NCBI GenBank assembly: GCA_965223345.1
Contig: CBDCWG010000012.1
Span: forward strand, 2,720,001-2,784,000
Source: Nitrospinales bacterium
GTDB lineage: Bacteria > Nitrospinota > Nitrospinia > Nitrospinales > VA-1
Reading direction: 5' to 3'
Length of the DNA stretch: 64,000 bases
Shown: positions 30,934 to 41,298 of the stretch, piece by piece
How positions within the stretch are numbered: position 1 is the stretch's first letter
Layout of the letters: every line of letters begins with the position of its first letter
Program-made: the position numbers and the translations under genes
Notes under the pieces: model-generated
Database searches by the model: none
Seen by the model: the letters and a program-made list of their open reading frames with translations, nothing else
Told to the model about the DNA's origin: nothing

Positions 30934-31506
30934 CTAGCGGTGGCGTTTGCGGCTGAGTTGTTCCCATTGCCGCGGCGGCGATTTCTCCCGCGATTTGCTG
31001 AGCAGGTAGTTGAAGATCCGCTTCGCATCCTCTTTGCGGGTATGAGTTCCCTGCAGCCGGGACACCCAGCTCTGCTCCAGTTCGATAAAACTCTGCAACT
31101 GCCGCCCCACTTTTTTCACGATCTGCAGGTTGCTCAGGTCCGAGGAACGTTCGGCCGCCGCATTTTGCTTGTCTCCGAAGCGGATGCGCGTTGCCTTGCT
31201 GGCAGACGGCGGTTTGCCCGTCTCCGCAGCGGCGATTTCCGGTTTGCGGCCCAACAGGCCCGAAAGGGCGAATCCGGAATCGGTGCGGCTCAAGGCGTCG
31301 AGACGCTCCACGAGGCGATCCTTGAGCGCGGCGTCGTCCAGCGAATCGTCGATGCCCGCAAGCGACCAGCTATCGTCGCCGGAGACCTCGAAGACGTCCA
31401 GGTCGGCGAGGTGGTGCAGGTACGCCCGCATGTCGCCGCTCTTGAAATCGCCCGGCGCGAGATTCGCCTCGAACCAGGCTTCCCATTGTGCGCAGTTTTT
31501 TTTCAT
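30934..31506 (-). CDS. Hypothetical protein
   Basis: 190-aa ORF 22 nt after the MOSC gene on the same strand; no motif recognised. Confidence 0.6.
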   Translation of the reverse strand: MKKNCAQWEAWFEANLAPGDFKSGDMRAYLHHLADLDVFEVSGDDSWSLAGIDDSLDDAALKDRLVERLDALSRTDSGFALSGLLGRKPEIAAAETGKPPSASKATRIRFGDKQNAAAERSSDLSNLQIVKKVGRQLQSFIELEQSWVSRLQGTHTRKEDAKRIFNYLLSKSREKSPPRQWEQLSRKRHR

Positions 31507-31527
31507 GCTGATTGCCGAACGCCGCCG

Positions 31528-32184
31528 TCAGGAAACCTTTTCCAGCCGTTTGCTGAACGTGCCTTTCCAGCTTGCGGACAACGGCTCGATGGCAAGGATG
31601 CGCCGCAGGTTTTCCGCATCGGACCGGTTTTTGTGCATCAGGTCGTTGGCCTGCTGCACCGAAAACGCCCCCGGTCCCGATTCGAGAAGCTGCACCGCCG
31701 TTCCGGGTTCGACCCAGCCCGGTTCCAGGACGCGCAGGTAGTAGCCGCTGAAGCCCGAAGACTGCACCTGCTGGATGAGGTCCGGCCGGTCCCAGAAGCG
31801 GCTGAGCGTGCGGCAGGGCTGCCTCGGCTGCGTGCACTGCACTTTGGCCTCGCCGATGCGGAACACGTCGCCGATGTGCACCTGCGTTTCCGGCAGGCCG
31901 GTCACGCTGAGGTTTTCGCCGAACGCGCCATAGGCAAGCGGTTTGCCGTACAGCTTTTCCCAGTGCGGGTAGTGATCGACGCAGTAGACGCACACCGCCT
32001 TGTCGTGTCCGCCGTGAACGCGTTTGTTGCCGACGCCGTCGCCTTCAAAGCCCGTCGCTGTCAGGTAGGTTTTTTCGCGCACCGGCTGCTTGCGGATGCC
32101 CGAAACCACCTGGCCGCGGTTGCCGTCCACCGCGATGCGCTGCGGCTGGGCGATGTTCAACGAGATGAGTGTGGGAGCGCTCAT
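31528..32184 (-). CDS. MOSC domain protein (YiiM-like)
   Basis: SGIRK, HGGHDKAV, GAFGENL, QPRQPC, SGYYLRVLEPG; C-terminal 3-alpha-like tail. Confidence 0.92.
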   Translation of the reverse strand: MSAPTLISLNIAQPQRIAVDGNRGQVVSGIRKQPVREKTYLTATGFEGDGVGNKRVHGGHDKAVCVYCVDHYPHWEKLYGKPLAYGAFGENLSVTGLPETQVHIGDVFRIGEAKVQCTQPRQPCRTLSRFWDRPDLIQQVQSSGFSGYYLRVLEPGWVEPGTAVQLLESGPGAFSVQQANDLMHKNRSDAENLRRILAIEPLSASWKGTFSKRLEKVS

Positions 32185-33260
32185 TTTGCCTGCAACAGTC
32201 TGGGGACGGGGTCGCCCGAAACCTGTAAAAACCCGTACGATCCCCTGTCCAGACGCGACAGGGCGTGATCGACCAGGATGTAATTGCCGGAATTTTCCAG
32301 TTTCAACTCGACCGCGGCGGCGCCTCCTGCCGGGATCGCGGTGGTCTGGACCGAACGGTGGGCGTGGTTCACAGCGCCTTCGGGAAACACTGTATCAAAT
32401 ATCTCGCCGATGATGTGGAAATTCGATGTCTTGGCGACGCCGCCGTTGCCGACAAAAATCCGCACCGTCTCGCCCTGCCCGGCCTTAAGCGCCCGCTCGC
32501 CGCTCAAGGCGCGCACACGCCCGTTCCAAACGATGTATTCGGGTTTTTCATCCATCATTTTGCCCGGCGAGAACGGCTGATAGCCCTTTTCTCCCACCCG
32601 GCCCTGCGTGTAAAACTCGCCCTGCATCACGTAAAATTCGCGGTCCACCTGCGGCCAGCCCGCTTCGGGGTCGATGACGATGAGCCCGTACAGGCCATTG
32701 GTGATGTGCGACGGCACGTTGGGGCTGGCGCAATGATACAGGAACACGCCGCCATGTGTGGCGGTGAAGCGGATGGTCTTCTCTTTGCCCGGAGCCACCT
32801 GGGTGAGATCGCCGCCGCCCCCCGGTCCGGTCACCGCGTGCAGGTCGATGGAATGATCGTGCGTGCTGGAAGCGTGGTTGGCGATCGTCAGCTCGACGGT
32901 GTCGCCCTGACGGGCGCGCATCAGCGGACCGGGCACCGTGTTGTCGAAGGTCCAGAACACGAACTCGACGCCGTCGGCAAGCTCCGCCACCACTTCCCGC
33001 ACTTCGAGGCGGAACGTGCGCAGCGAGGGTTTGTTCGCCGTCAGCGAAGGCGGCACATCGGACGCCCGTCGGGAGATGTCTTCAACGCGCAGCAGCTGGC
33101 TGCGGTCCACCTTGTGGATGTGGGGCGCGCGCGCCGGGCCAACGCCTTGCAGGACGTGGCCGTGTCCGGCATGGCCGTTGGCGTCTGCCAGCACGGGCGG
33201 CGGCGCGATGAGCGCCCAGAGCGCCACTCCATAACAGAATGTCGATAACAATTTCTTCAC
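32181..33260 (-). CDS. nirK: Copper-containing nitrite reductase (AniA-like)
   Basis: HSIDLHAVTGPGGG, YHCA...HITNGLYG, SNFHIIGEIFD, LVDHALSR; signal peptide from GTG 33260. Confidence 0.9.
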   Translation of the reverse strand: MKKLLSTFCYGVALWALIAPPPVLADANGHAGHGHVLQGVGPARAPHIHKVDRSQLLRVEDISRRASDVPPSLTANKPSLRTFRLEVREVVAELADGVEFVFWTFDNTVPGPLMRARQGDTVELTIANHASSTHDHSIDLHAVTGPGGGGDLTQVAPGKEKTIRFTATHGGVFLYHCASPNVPSHITNGLYGLIVIDPEAGWPQVDREFYVMQGEFYTQGRVGEKGYQPFSPGKMMDEKPEYIVWNGRVRALSGERALKAGQGETVRIFVGNGGVAKTSNFHIIGEIFDTVFPEGAVNHAHRSVQTTAIPAGGAAAVELKLENSGNYILVDHALSRLDRGSYGFLQVSGDPVPRLLQAK

Positions 33261-33407
33261 CGCGTTGTCCAAAATAAAGGAGATTTTTCCGTTTGCGGCC
33301 CGCGGCCGCACAGGCGGGAAAAACGGGTGTCCGCATATCGACTGCGGTCTTGCTGTGTCTTTATTATAAGGACCGGCGGGAAGGAAACGAAAGAAAATAG
33401 CGCGCTC

Positions 33408-35360
33408 TCAACGCATCGGCGGCATTTTGGGGGAGCGATAAAACTGGTAGCAGTTTTTACCCTGTTTTTTGGCCAGATACAGGGCTTCGTCGGCGTGTTT
33501 CATGAGGGTGTTGCTGGTCTCTCCGTCACGCGGATACAGGGCGACGCCGATGCTGAAGGAAATGCGGATCTCCTGATCGTTGATCTGAAACGGAGCCCGC
33601 ACCACGTCCAGCAGCTTGTTCGCCAGGTTGCCCGCATCCTGCGGCGAGTTGATTTCCGGCAGCAGCAGGATGAACTCGTCGCCGCCGAGACGGGCGACGG
33701 TGTCCTGGTTGCGCAGGCATTTTTTCAGGCGCTCGCCGACGCCCTTGAGCAACTGGTCGCCCACGGCGTGTCCCTGGGTGTCGTTGATCTCCTTGAAATG
33801 GTCGAAATCGAGAAACAGGATGGCGAGCATGCTCTGGCTGCGCTGCGCCTGCGCCAGCGCCATTTCCAGCCGGTCGCTCAGCAGGATTCGGTTGGGCAGG
33901 CCGGTCAGGGCGTCGTGATACGCCATGTTGCGGATCAGTCCCTCGGTGTGCTTGCGTTCCAGTTCCGCCCCGGCGCGCGAGGCGAACACTTTCAGGATCG
34001 ACATGGTGCGCTGCTTGTTGGACATGGGCTTGTCGTCGAACACCGAAAGGTGGCCGATGATCTTGCAGTGCGAGTCGAAACAGGGCACGGCGGCGTAGCT
34101 GCGCGAGCTGCCGGAAGCGAGTCGGTCGCGGCCCTTGAACAGTTCCTGCGCGCCGTCGGGATGGTAGGCGAGCATGCCCGCGAGCACTTCCTCGTAGGGT
34201 GTGTCCTCGACGTTGAAATTCTGGTCGGTCATGAACTGGCCGTTTTCCCAGCCTGCGAGGATGGAGCATTCGGTGGATTTGTAGCCCACCAGTTCGGAGA
34301 CGTAGGCGTTTTTCACCGGCAATGCTGAGGCCAGGTGGCGGACGAGAGAACGGAAGAAATCGTCGCCGACGCGCGCCGACGTGCCTTCGACGATCGAATG
34401 GAACGCGGCCTGGTCGTTGTGACGGCGGATTTCACTGCCGATGCTGGCGGCGACGGCCATCAGCATGGACTGCTCGTTTTTCGACCAGGTCTTTTTCGGG
34501 CCGCGGTTGCCGAACGCGACGAACCCCCAGTACTTGTCGTCGATGACGATGGGCACCAGGGTGATGAGCGTCAGGTCCTGCTTTTCCAGCAACCGCTGGA
34601 TGTCGTCGGAAAACTCCTGGGCGGGCAGGCTGACAAAATGCCCCAGCCGCAGCTCGAAATAGCAGGGCTCCAGCCCCAGGTCGCTGTAATTTTTCTCCGG
34701 AAACAGTTCCTCCTGCTGGGTTTCCGCATCGAAGCGGTTGTGCCAGGCGAAGCAGCGCACAAAGCCGCGCTTGCCGTCGGCCTGATCCACATGCTGGTAC
34801 ACGAAGGCGCATTCGGCGTCGGTGGCTTTGCCGAGGATGGCCAGCGCCTCCTGAATCGCGCCGGCGTGGTCGCGGCGAGTGAGCAGGCAGGTGGTGGCTT
34901 CCGAGACGGCCTGCAGCAGGCGGTCCTGGGTGTACAGGGTGTTTTCGGTATTGCGCAGCCGGTCCTTTTCCTTTTCGCGCTGGATCGAATGGTGGATGGC
35001 CTGGGACAGGATTTCTGCGGTCAGGCTGGATTTGGCCAGGTAATCGGTGGCGCCGGCTTTCATGGTTTCGACGGCGATCTCATGGTCCCCCATGCCGGTG
35101 AGAAAGATGATGGGCATGCGGTGGCCCTGGGCGCGGACCTTGCGCAGCAGTTCGATGCCGCTGTTGGCTCCGAGGCGGAAATCGAACAGGCAGGCGTCGT
35201 ACGCATTGCTCTGGATCATGTCGAACGCCTGCGAAGAAGAAGCCGCCCAATCCATCCTGGGGACGTTATCGTAGAAGCCTTCCCGGAGAAATTCCCGGAT
35301 CAGGACCACATCGTCTTCGTCGTCTTCCACGATCAGCAGTTTGAGCTTCGGGTTTCCCAT
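33408..35360 (-). CDS. Diguanylate cyclase (REC-GAF-GAF-GGDEF)
   Basis: N-terminal receiver domain (IVEDD, D.RLG, DYLAK); YHDALTGLPNR; RLGGDEF. Confidence 0.92.
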   Translation of the reverse strand: MGNPKLKLLIVEDDEDDVVLIREFLREGFYDNVPRMDWAASSSQAFDMIQSNAYDACLFDFRLGANSGIELLRKVRAQGHRMPIIFLTGMGDHEIAVETMKAGATDYLAKSSLTAEILSQAIHHSIQREKEKDRLRNTENTLYTQDRLLQAVSEATTCLLTRRDHAGAIQEALAILGKATDAECAFVYQHVDQADGKRGFVRCFAWHNRFDAETQQEELFPEKNYSDLGLEPCYFELRLGHFVSLPAQEFSDDIQRLLEKQDLTLITLVPIVIDDKYWGFVAFGNRGPKKTWSKNEQSMLMAVAASIGSEIRRHNDQAAFHSIVEGTSARVGDDFFRSLVRHLASALPVKNAYVSELVGYKSTECSILAGWENGQFMTDQNFNVEDTPYEEVLAGMLAYHPDGAQELFKGRDRLASGSSRSYAAVPCFDSHCKIIGHLSVFDDKPMSNKQRTMSILKVFASRAGAELERKHTEGLIRNMAYHDALTGLPNRILLSDRLEMALAQAQRSQSMLAILFLDFDHFKEINDTQGHAVGDQLLKGVGERLKKCLRNQDTVARLGGDEFILLLPEINSPQDAGNLANKLLDVVRAPFQINDQEIRISFSIGVALYPRDGETSNTLMKHADEALYLAKKQGKNCYQFYRSPKMPPMR

Positions 35361-35534
35361 AGGCCTTCGGTCAGAGGGATTTCAGAGAATTCGCAATGGA
35401 GGACCACTTCTACCATGATAAGTTCAACCCTTTGTAAATTCAAGGAAATCAAGCAATTCGGCGGGTTTCGGGGTGGCCGCGCCGATCGTGCGAAAGCTCG
35501 GGGCCCGGTCGGTAAACCAGGCTTTTTCAAGCCA

Positions 35535-36515
35535 TTAAGGCATCCACATGTACATGAAATGCGGCGAGGTGGTTTCCAGGTTGAGCCCCAGGTCGATGTT
35601 GATCATGTTGAACGTGGGCGGGGCCGCCGGCGTGGAGGAATACAGATTGGATTTGTACTCGCCCGGCCGGTGGTAGGCGATGATTTTGGGATCGCTGAGC
35701 CCCATCTCCACCCGGATGGTGTCCAGAGTCTGGTCCAGATAACCGATCATGTCGATCAGTTTCGCTTCCATCGCCTTCTCCGCCGTGAACACCCGCCCGT
35801 CCGCCAGGGTCTTGACGTCTTCCAGCTCCAGTTCGGGCCGGTTTTCGGCGATGATCGTCAAAAAGCGTTCGTGGTAGCTGTCGATGGTGGACTGGAACAG
35901 CTTGCGCTCCTCGGCGGTCAGGCGGCGCAGCGGCGAGAGAAAGTCCTTTTTGTCGGCGGATTTCACTATTTCCCAGTCCACGCCCACCTTGTGCAGCAGC
36001 CCTTCGAGATTCACCTTGAGGGCGATCACGCCGATGCTGCCGGTGAGGGAGGTCGGGTGCCCGACGATCTTGTCCCCGGCCATGGCGATGTAATAGCCTC
36101 CGGATGCGGCCATGTCCAGGATGGACACGTACACGCGGGTGTTCGTCCTCTCTTTGTAGGCCTGGATCTCATGGTAGATGATGTCGCTCGAAGTGACGGT
36201 GCCGCCGGGGCTGTTGATGCGCACGAGCAGCGCCTTGATGCGCCGGTCCTGTTCAGCTTTCGCGAGGATCTCGCGCACGCGCTCCACCATGCCGACTTTG
36301 ATGGGATGCCCGGTGATGGCGCGTTTTTCCTGGTTGTTGATCATTCCGTGGATGTCGAGGACCAGCACTTTTTCCGGCCCGTGCCCGGACAGGGTTTTTT
36401 CCTTGAGCGGGGCGATGGTGGGGCCGATCTTCAGGGCGGCGCAGCCTGAAACGAGAAACAGGCAGGCGATCAGAAACGCAGACTGGGTGATGACGGATGA
36501 TTTGAACGTGTCCAC
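35535..36515 (-). CDS. sppA: Signal peptide peptidase SppA (S49)
   Basis: INSPGGTV, AASGGYY, TGSIGV, DGRVFT, GEYK; lipobox VSGC. Confidence 0.92.
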   Translation of the reverse strand: MDTFKSSVITQSAFLIACLFLVSGCAALKIGPTIAPLKEKTLSGHGPEKVLVLDIHGMINNQEKRAITGHPIKVGMVERVREILAKAEQDRRIKALLVRINSPGGTVTSSDIIYHEIQAYKERTNTRVYVSILDMAASGGYYIAMAGDKIVGHPTSLTGSIGVIALKVNLEGLLHKVGVDWEIVKSADKKDFLSPLRRLTAEERKLFQSTIDSYHERFLTIIAENRPELELEDVKTLADGRVFTAEKAMEAKLIDMIGYLDQTLDTIRVEMGLSDPKIIAYHRPGEYKSNLYSSTPAAPPTFNMINIDLGLNLETTSPHFMYMWMP

Positions 36516-36621
36516 GGGGCTCCTCGAGTTGGTGAGTGAATGGGTTCAGAGGATCTCTGATGTTCGGGATGGTTGACGCGCTGGCCTGGATGCTGCGGGA
36601 TGGATTGCGGCCCGGCGTCGT

Positions 36622-37533
36622 TCAGTCGTTTATGATTGCATAAAAGGGTTTCCATTTCGAGAGCACACGGTCGAAATCGGGGTTGCCCATGAGGCTCTCC
36701 TGAATTTTTATCTGCGCTTTTTCGACGATCTCGGCGTTGCGCTGTTCTTTGGGGTTCGCCGCCTGTTTGGCCAGGGTGTGGAGAGAATAGATCATTTCCT
36801 TCAGGTTCATCGCCTCGCGGGCGACCCGCATTTTCCATTCCTTCCTTTCGGACACTTTGTGCGCCGGGGGAATGTCGCGCTCGATCTGTTTTCCCCGCTT
36901 CACGCATTCGACGATGCCTGCGTGCACGCCGCCCAGCACGGCGGCGTCTTTGCCCGCGTCTTTCAATTTGGCGAAGATGCTGTGGATCTCCTGCAGAACG
37001 GGAATCAGGGTCAACTGGATCAGCGTGTCCTGGTCGATGCCGTATTTTTCGGTCAGTTCCTTAGGGGAGATCTTTTTGTCGCTGCTGAATTCGGCGTTGA
37101 GCGTGTCGATGAGCTTCTGCATGCCGCTTTCCAGTTTCTCTTTCGTGGCGGCGCGGCTGCTTTCGATGCGGCGGTCGAGTTCCTCGGCCTGACCGAGCAG
37201 GTTGAAGTGATCGCGGTATTTCTTGTTCAGCTCGAAGAGGATGGCATCCACTTCCCGGTTGAGGTGGGTGATCACGCGCAGGTGCCGTTCCGGATCGATG
37301 GGCACCTGGAATTTCTTGCGGATCTCCTTTTCCACCTTGAACATATCCTTGGGAATGGAGCGCAGCAGTTTTTCGTAGGAGGCGTACACCGCGTCCATCC
37401 GCTCCATGGTGTTTTTCTTGTTCTCCTTGGTGAAGCGGATGTTGATCTTACCCACTCTTACGGAGTTTTCCTGGATCAGGGAGAGCAGTTTTTTCTGCCC
37501 CATCGCGTCGATTTTGGTGTCTAAGTCTTCCAT
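36622..37533 (-). CDS. Hypothetical alpha-helical protein
   Basis: Host-like codon usage from ATG 37533 (MEDLDTK). The upstream part of the track ORF overlaps the next gene. Confidence 0.75.
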   Translation of the reverse strand: MEDLDTKIDAMGQKKLLSLIQENSVRVGKINIRFTKENKKNTMERMDAVYASYEKLLRSIPKDMFKVEKEIRKKFQVPIDPERHLRVITHLNREVDAILFELNKKYRDHFNLLGQAEELDRRIESSRAATKEKLESGMQKLIDTLNAEFSSDKKISPKELTEKYGIDQDTLIQLTLIPVLQEIHSIFAKLKDAGKDAAVLGGVHAGIVECVKRGKQIERDIPPAHKVSERKEWKMRVAREAMNLKEMIYSLHTLAKQAANPKEQRNAEIVEKAQIKIQESLMGNPDFDRVLSKWKPFYAIIND

Positions 37534-37558
37534 CCGGGTGAATGCGGTCTGCCTGGAG

Positions 37559-38353
37559 TCAACGGTTCTCGATCGGGGTGGATTGAGCGCAACGGCAGCC
37601 GATGCCGTAGAAATCGTTGGCATCGTTGTATCCGTAACGGCTGGAGGATCTGAGGTACCCCGGCAGGCTGTTCCAGGCACCCCCGCGGATCGTGTGGTAT
37701 TTCCCCCGCTCGGGCCCTTGCGGGTTTTTGTAGGGGCTGACCTTATAATAATTTTTATCATACCAGTCGTGCACCCATTCGGCAACATTTCCGGCCAGGT
37801 TGAACACCCCTTCGGGCGTCTTCCCAAGCGGGTTTTCGCTCACTTCGCTGAGCACCAGGCCTTTCTGGATGAAACAGCAGCGGTTGAAATTGGCCCGGGA
37901 CGGATCGGGCAGTTCGTCACCCCAGGGGTAGAGCCGGCTCTGCAACCCCGCCGCGGCGCGTTCCCACTCCGCTTCGGTGGGCAGGCGCTTGCCCTTCCAG
38001 ATACAGTAATCGCGGCAGCGTTTCCAGGTCAGACCGAACACGGGCCGCTGTGCCATGTCCGGCCGGATCTTGCGGTCGAACCAGCCGGTGATGGTCGGGT
38101 GCTGCTTCGGGTTGGCTTCCAGGTAGCGCTCGAAATCCCGGCCGCTGGCCTCGTAGCGGTCGATGGCGTAGGCATCCAGGTAGACCTTGTGGCGCGGCCA
38201 TTCGTCCTTGCGCCCCTCGCCTTCGGGGCTTCCCATCCAGAACTCGCCCGCCGGAAACGCGATCATGTCGGTTTTATCGGCGGCGTGGGTGTGCGCCGGA
38301 AACAACACGGAAACCCAGGCGCAGACTGCAATCCAAAGTATCACTCGCTGCAT
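37559..38353 (-). CDS. FGE-sulfatase (SUMF1-like) domain secreted protein
   Basis: Signal peptide from ATG 38353; FWMG, KRLPTEAEWERAA, YPWG, AGNVAEWV.DWY, IGCRCA. Confidence 0.9.
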   Translation of the reverse strand: MQRVILWIAVCAWVSVLFPAHTHAADKTDMIAFPAGEFWMGSPEGEGRKDEWPRHKVYLDAYAIDRYEASGRDFERYLEANPKQHPTITGWFDRKIRPDMAQRPVFGLTWKRCRDYCIWKGKRLPTEAEWERAAAGLQSRLYPWGDELPDPSRANFNRCCFIQKGLVLSEVSENPLGKTPEGVFNLAGNVAEWVHDWYDKNYYKVSPYKNPQGPERGKYHTIRGGAWNSLPGYLRSSSRYGYNDANDFYGIGCRCAQSTPIENR

Positions 38354-38508
38354 GATTTCGGTATAAAAATATTGTGCCATCCCAGCGATGGCTTTATGAT
38401 AGACCCGGCTGCGAAAAGCGGCCGCATCGGTATTGAACCTGCAAACTCTTCTCCAAGACGGCAACGCCCCGCCTGACTCCCCCGCCGGGGCGCCGTTGCG
38501 ATTCCCCT

Positions 38509-38997
38509 GTGCGATTCATCAAACAGATCGACCGGTTTCTGGCAGGCATCGAGGCGTTCGGCGTCACGCTGATCCTGTCGGTGATGATCGGGCTGACGTT
38601 CGTGCAGGTGATCCTGCGCAACCTGTTCAGCGGCGGCATCCTGTGGGCGGACCTGATGGTCCGGCAACTGGTTTTGTGGGTGGGTTTTCTCGGCGCTTCG
38701 CTGGCGGTGCGGGAGAGCAAGCACATTGCGATCGATTTTCTGCCGCATTTTCTCCCCGCTTCCTTCAAAAAACCCGTGCGTTTTTTCACCCACATCGCCG
38801 CTGCCGTGGTCAGCGCGCTGCTGGCCAGAGCGGCGTTCAGTTTTGTCCGCTTCGAACAGGAAGGCGGATCGATTCTCTTCCTGGACATCCCGGTGTGGTG
38901 GTTCCAGGTCATCCTGCCTTACGGATTCTGCGTGATCGCCGTGCGCTTCGTGATCCAGGCGCTGGACGTCGTGTTCTCCCCCAACTCCTCCGACTGA
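38509..38997 (+). CDS. TRAP transporter small permease (DctQ)
   Basis: QVILRN, LWVGFLGA, HIAIDF; four TM helices. Confidence 0.9.
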   Translation: MRFIKQIDRFLAGIEAFGVTLILSVMIGLTFVQVILRNLFSGGILWADLMVRQLVLWVGFLGASLAVRESKHIAIDFLPHFLPASFKKPVRFFTHIAAAVVSALLARAAFSFVRFEQEGGSILFLDIPVWWFQVILPYGFCVIAVRFVIQALDVVFSPNSSD

Positions 38998-40272
38998 ATG
39001 ACCACCCTGCTGATAGCCTGCCTGCTCCTGCTCGCCGTTCTCGGCGTTCCCCTGTACGCGGTGATCGGACTGGCGGCGCTGATCTCGTTCGGTCAAGCCG
39101 AGATCGAACCGGCGGGCATCTTCATCGAGCTGTACCGGGTGACCAGCAATCCGACGCTGGTGGCGATCCCCCTGTTCACGTTCGCGGGCTTCATCCTCGC
39201 CAACGGCAAAACCCCGGAACGGCTGACCCGCCTCTCGCAGGAATTCCTCGGCGGCATCCGCGGCGGCGTGCCGCTCGTGGTGCTGACGGCCTGCGCGTTC
39301 TTCACGGCGTTCACCGGCGCTTCCGGCGTCACCATCATCGCGCTGGGAGGCTTATTGTACCCCCTGTTGCTCAAGGAAATGTACTCCAAAAATTTTTCTT
39401 TGGGCCTCATGACCTCTTCGGGCAGCCTGGGGCTGTTGTTCCCTCCCTCGATACCGCTGATCCTGTACGGGCTGGTGGCGCAGGTGAACGTGGACCAGCT
39501 GTTTCTCGCGGGGATCGTGCCGGGGATACTGATGATCGGGATCGTCGGCGTGTACAGCGTGTGGAAGAGCCGCAACTTTCAGATTCCGCGCAAGCCTTTC
39601 GAACTCGCCTCGGCCTGGCAGGCGCTCAGGGACGCGATCTGGGAGATCCCCCTGCCCTTTCTCATCCTGTTCGGGATTTACGGCGGCATCATCACGGTGA
39701 CCGAGGCGGCGGCGGTGACGGTGGTCTACGTGATCGTGGTCGAATCGCTGATCTACAGGGACCTGCATCCGTTTCAGGACCTGCCGCGCATCATGCGCGA
39801 GAGTATGGTGCTGGTGGGCGCGATCCTCATCATCTTGGGCACGGCGATGGGCTTCACCAGCTACCTGATCGACGAGCAGGTGCCGATGCAGCTTCTGGAT
39901 TTCATGAAGCAGTACATCGACAACCCGCTGACCTTTCTCATCGCACTGAACGTGTTCCTGCTGATCGTCGGCTGCATGATGGACATCTTCTCCGCCCTCA
40001 TCGTGGTCGTCCCGCTGATCGTTCCCATCGCCAAGAGCTTCGATGTGAACATGGTCCACCTGGGGATCATTTTTCTCACCAACCTGGAGATCGGCTACTC
40101 GACGCCGCCGGTGGGGATCAACCTGTTCATCGCCAGCTCGCGCTTCGAGGAACCCATCGTCAAGCTGTACCGCGCGGCGCTGCCGTTTCTCGGTCTCAGG
40201 CTCATCGGACTGCTGCTCATCACGTATTTACCCTTCCTCAGTCTTTTCCTGGTGGACTGGGTGGCGCGTTGA
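38998..40272 (+). CDS. TRAP transporter large permease (DctM)
   Basis: AIPLF, FPPSIPLILYG, AGIVPG, HLGIIF..NLEIG.STPPVG.NLF. Confidence 0.93.
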   Translation: MTTLLIACLLLLAVLGVPLYAVIGLAALISFGQAEIEPAGIFIELYRVTSNPTLVAIPLFTFAGFILANGKTPERLTRLSQEFLGGIRGGVPLVVLTACAFFTAFTGASGVTIIALGGLLYPLLLKEMYSKNFSLGLMTSSGSLGLLFPPSIPLILYGLVAQVNVDQLFLAGIVPGILMIGIVGVYSVWKSRNFQIPRKPFELASAWQALRDAIWEIPLPFLILFGIYGGIITVTEAAAVTVVYVIVVESLIYRDLHPFQDLPRIMRESMVLVGAILIILGTAMGFTSYLIDEQVPMQLLDFMKQYIDNPLTFLIALNVFLLIVGCMMDIFSALIVVVPLIVPIAKSFDVNMVHLGIIFLTNLEIGYSTPPVGINLFIASSRFEEPIVKLYRAALPFLGLRLIGLLLITYLPFLSLFLVDWVAR

Positions 40273-40388
40273 GGCCGGTTTTTCAAAGCTTCCCGATTTA
40301 AATTTGACAAGTCCCGTTTCGCTCTTCACAATGGGGAACTCACCCAAAACTGCTTGTAAAATCAAGAGGATGGAGAGCTTCCCCTGCT

Positions 40389-41297
40389 ATGAATCGACGC
40401 ACTTTTCTTAAGACCGTCACCGGTTTGACGATGGGTCTCGCCGGCGCGCACCTGGCCCTGCCCTACAAAGCCAAAGCCGGCATCGTTTCGCCCGTCACCG
40501 ACTTTGTGGCGCGCAATTATTTGGATAGCCGAATCAAACGAAATATTCTAGAATTGAAGGCGCAGAATCCCGGTCTGAAAGTGGGCGAGACGCATTGTCA
40601 TTCCACCTTTTCCGACGGGCATTTCCCGGTGGCCGACATCGTGAACCGCGCGGCGGATCTGGGGCTGGATTATCTGGTCATCTCGGAACACGTGATGCCG
40701 GAAACGTATCCCCTGGAAGCGACGCTGGATTCCATCCGCGAACGCTGGCGCTGTCTGCAGGAATGGAACAACGCCAACGCGCAGCCGATCCAGCTCTACC
40801 CGGCGTTCGAGGTCAGCACCCGCGAGGGGCACCTGATCCTGGTTCTGGATGAGGATTACCTGAACCCCCGGCTGCATGGGGAGATCCGCACGCAGTTCGC
40901 CGGTTTCGACCGGCGCTACGAGCGGGTGGACACCGTCGCGAAACTCGCCGCCCCGTTCGGCGGCATTTCGATCATCCCGCACCCGGAGATCGAGCGCAGC
41001 TATCCGTTCGGGATTCCGGTGAATTTTGCGAAGAAGAATCTCACGGGCCTGGTGGATGCGATCGAGGATGTGTCCACCGGCCACGGATATGCGGAAAATT
41101 TTTCCCAGGATCTGGGAATGGCTGCGATCGGTTCCAGCGACGATCATTTCAACGTCCTGGTCGGCACCACGGTGACCGGATTCGATGCGCGCCAGCACAA
41201 GGATTTCATCGCCGCGGTCAAGGCGAAAGCCACGCGGGCCATCAAGGTGGAAGATTCCATCGATCCCCTTCTGGCCGCGGCCAGATTGGTTTTGTGA
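40389..41297 (+). CDS. Tat-exported PHP-domain metallophosphoesterase
   Basis: MNRRTFLK twin-arginine signal; HCHSTFSDG, SEH, PHP and SDDH metal motifs. Confidence 0.82.
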   Translation: MNRRTFLKTVTGLTMGLAGAHLALPYKAKAGIVSPVTDFVARNYLDSRIKRNILELKAQNPGLKVGETHCHSTFSDGHFPVADIVNRAADLGLDYLVISEHVMPETYPLEATLDSIRERWRCLQEWNNANAQPIQLYPAFEVSTREGHLILVLDEDYLNPRLHGEIRTQFAGFDRRYERVDTVAKLAAPFGGISIIPHPEIERSYPFGIPVNFAKKNLTGLVDAIEDVSTGHGYAENFSQDLGMAAIGSSDDHFNVLVGTTVTGFDARQHKDFIAAVKAKATRAIKVEDSIDPLLAAARLVL

Positions 41298-41298
41298 T

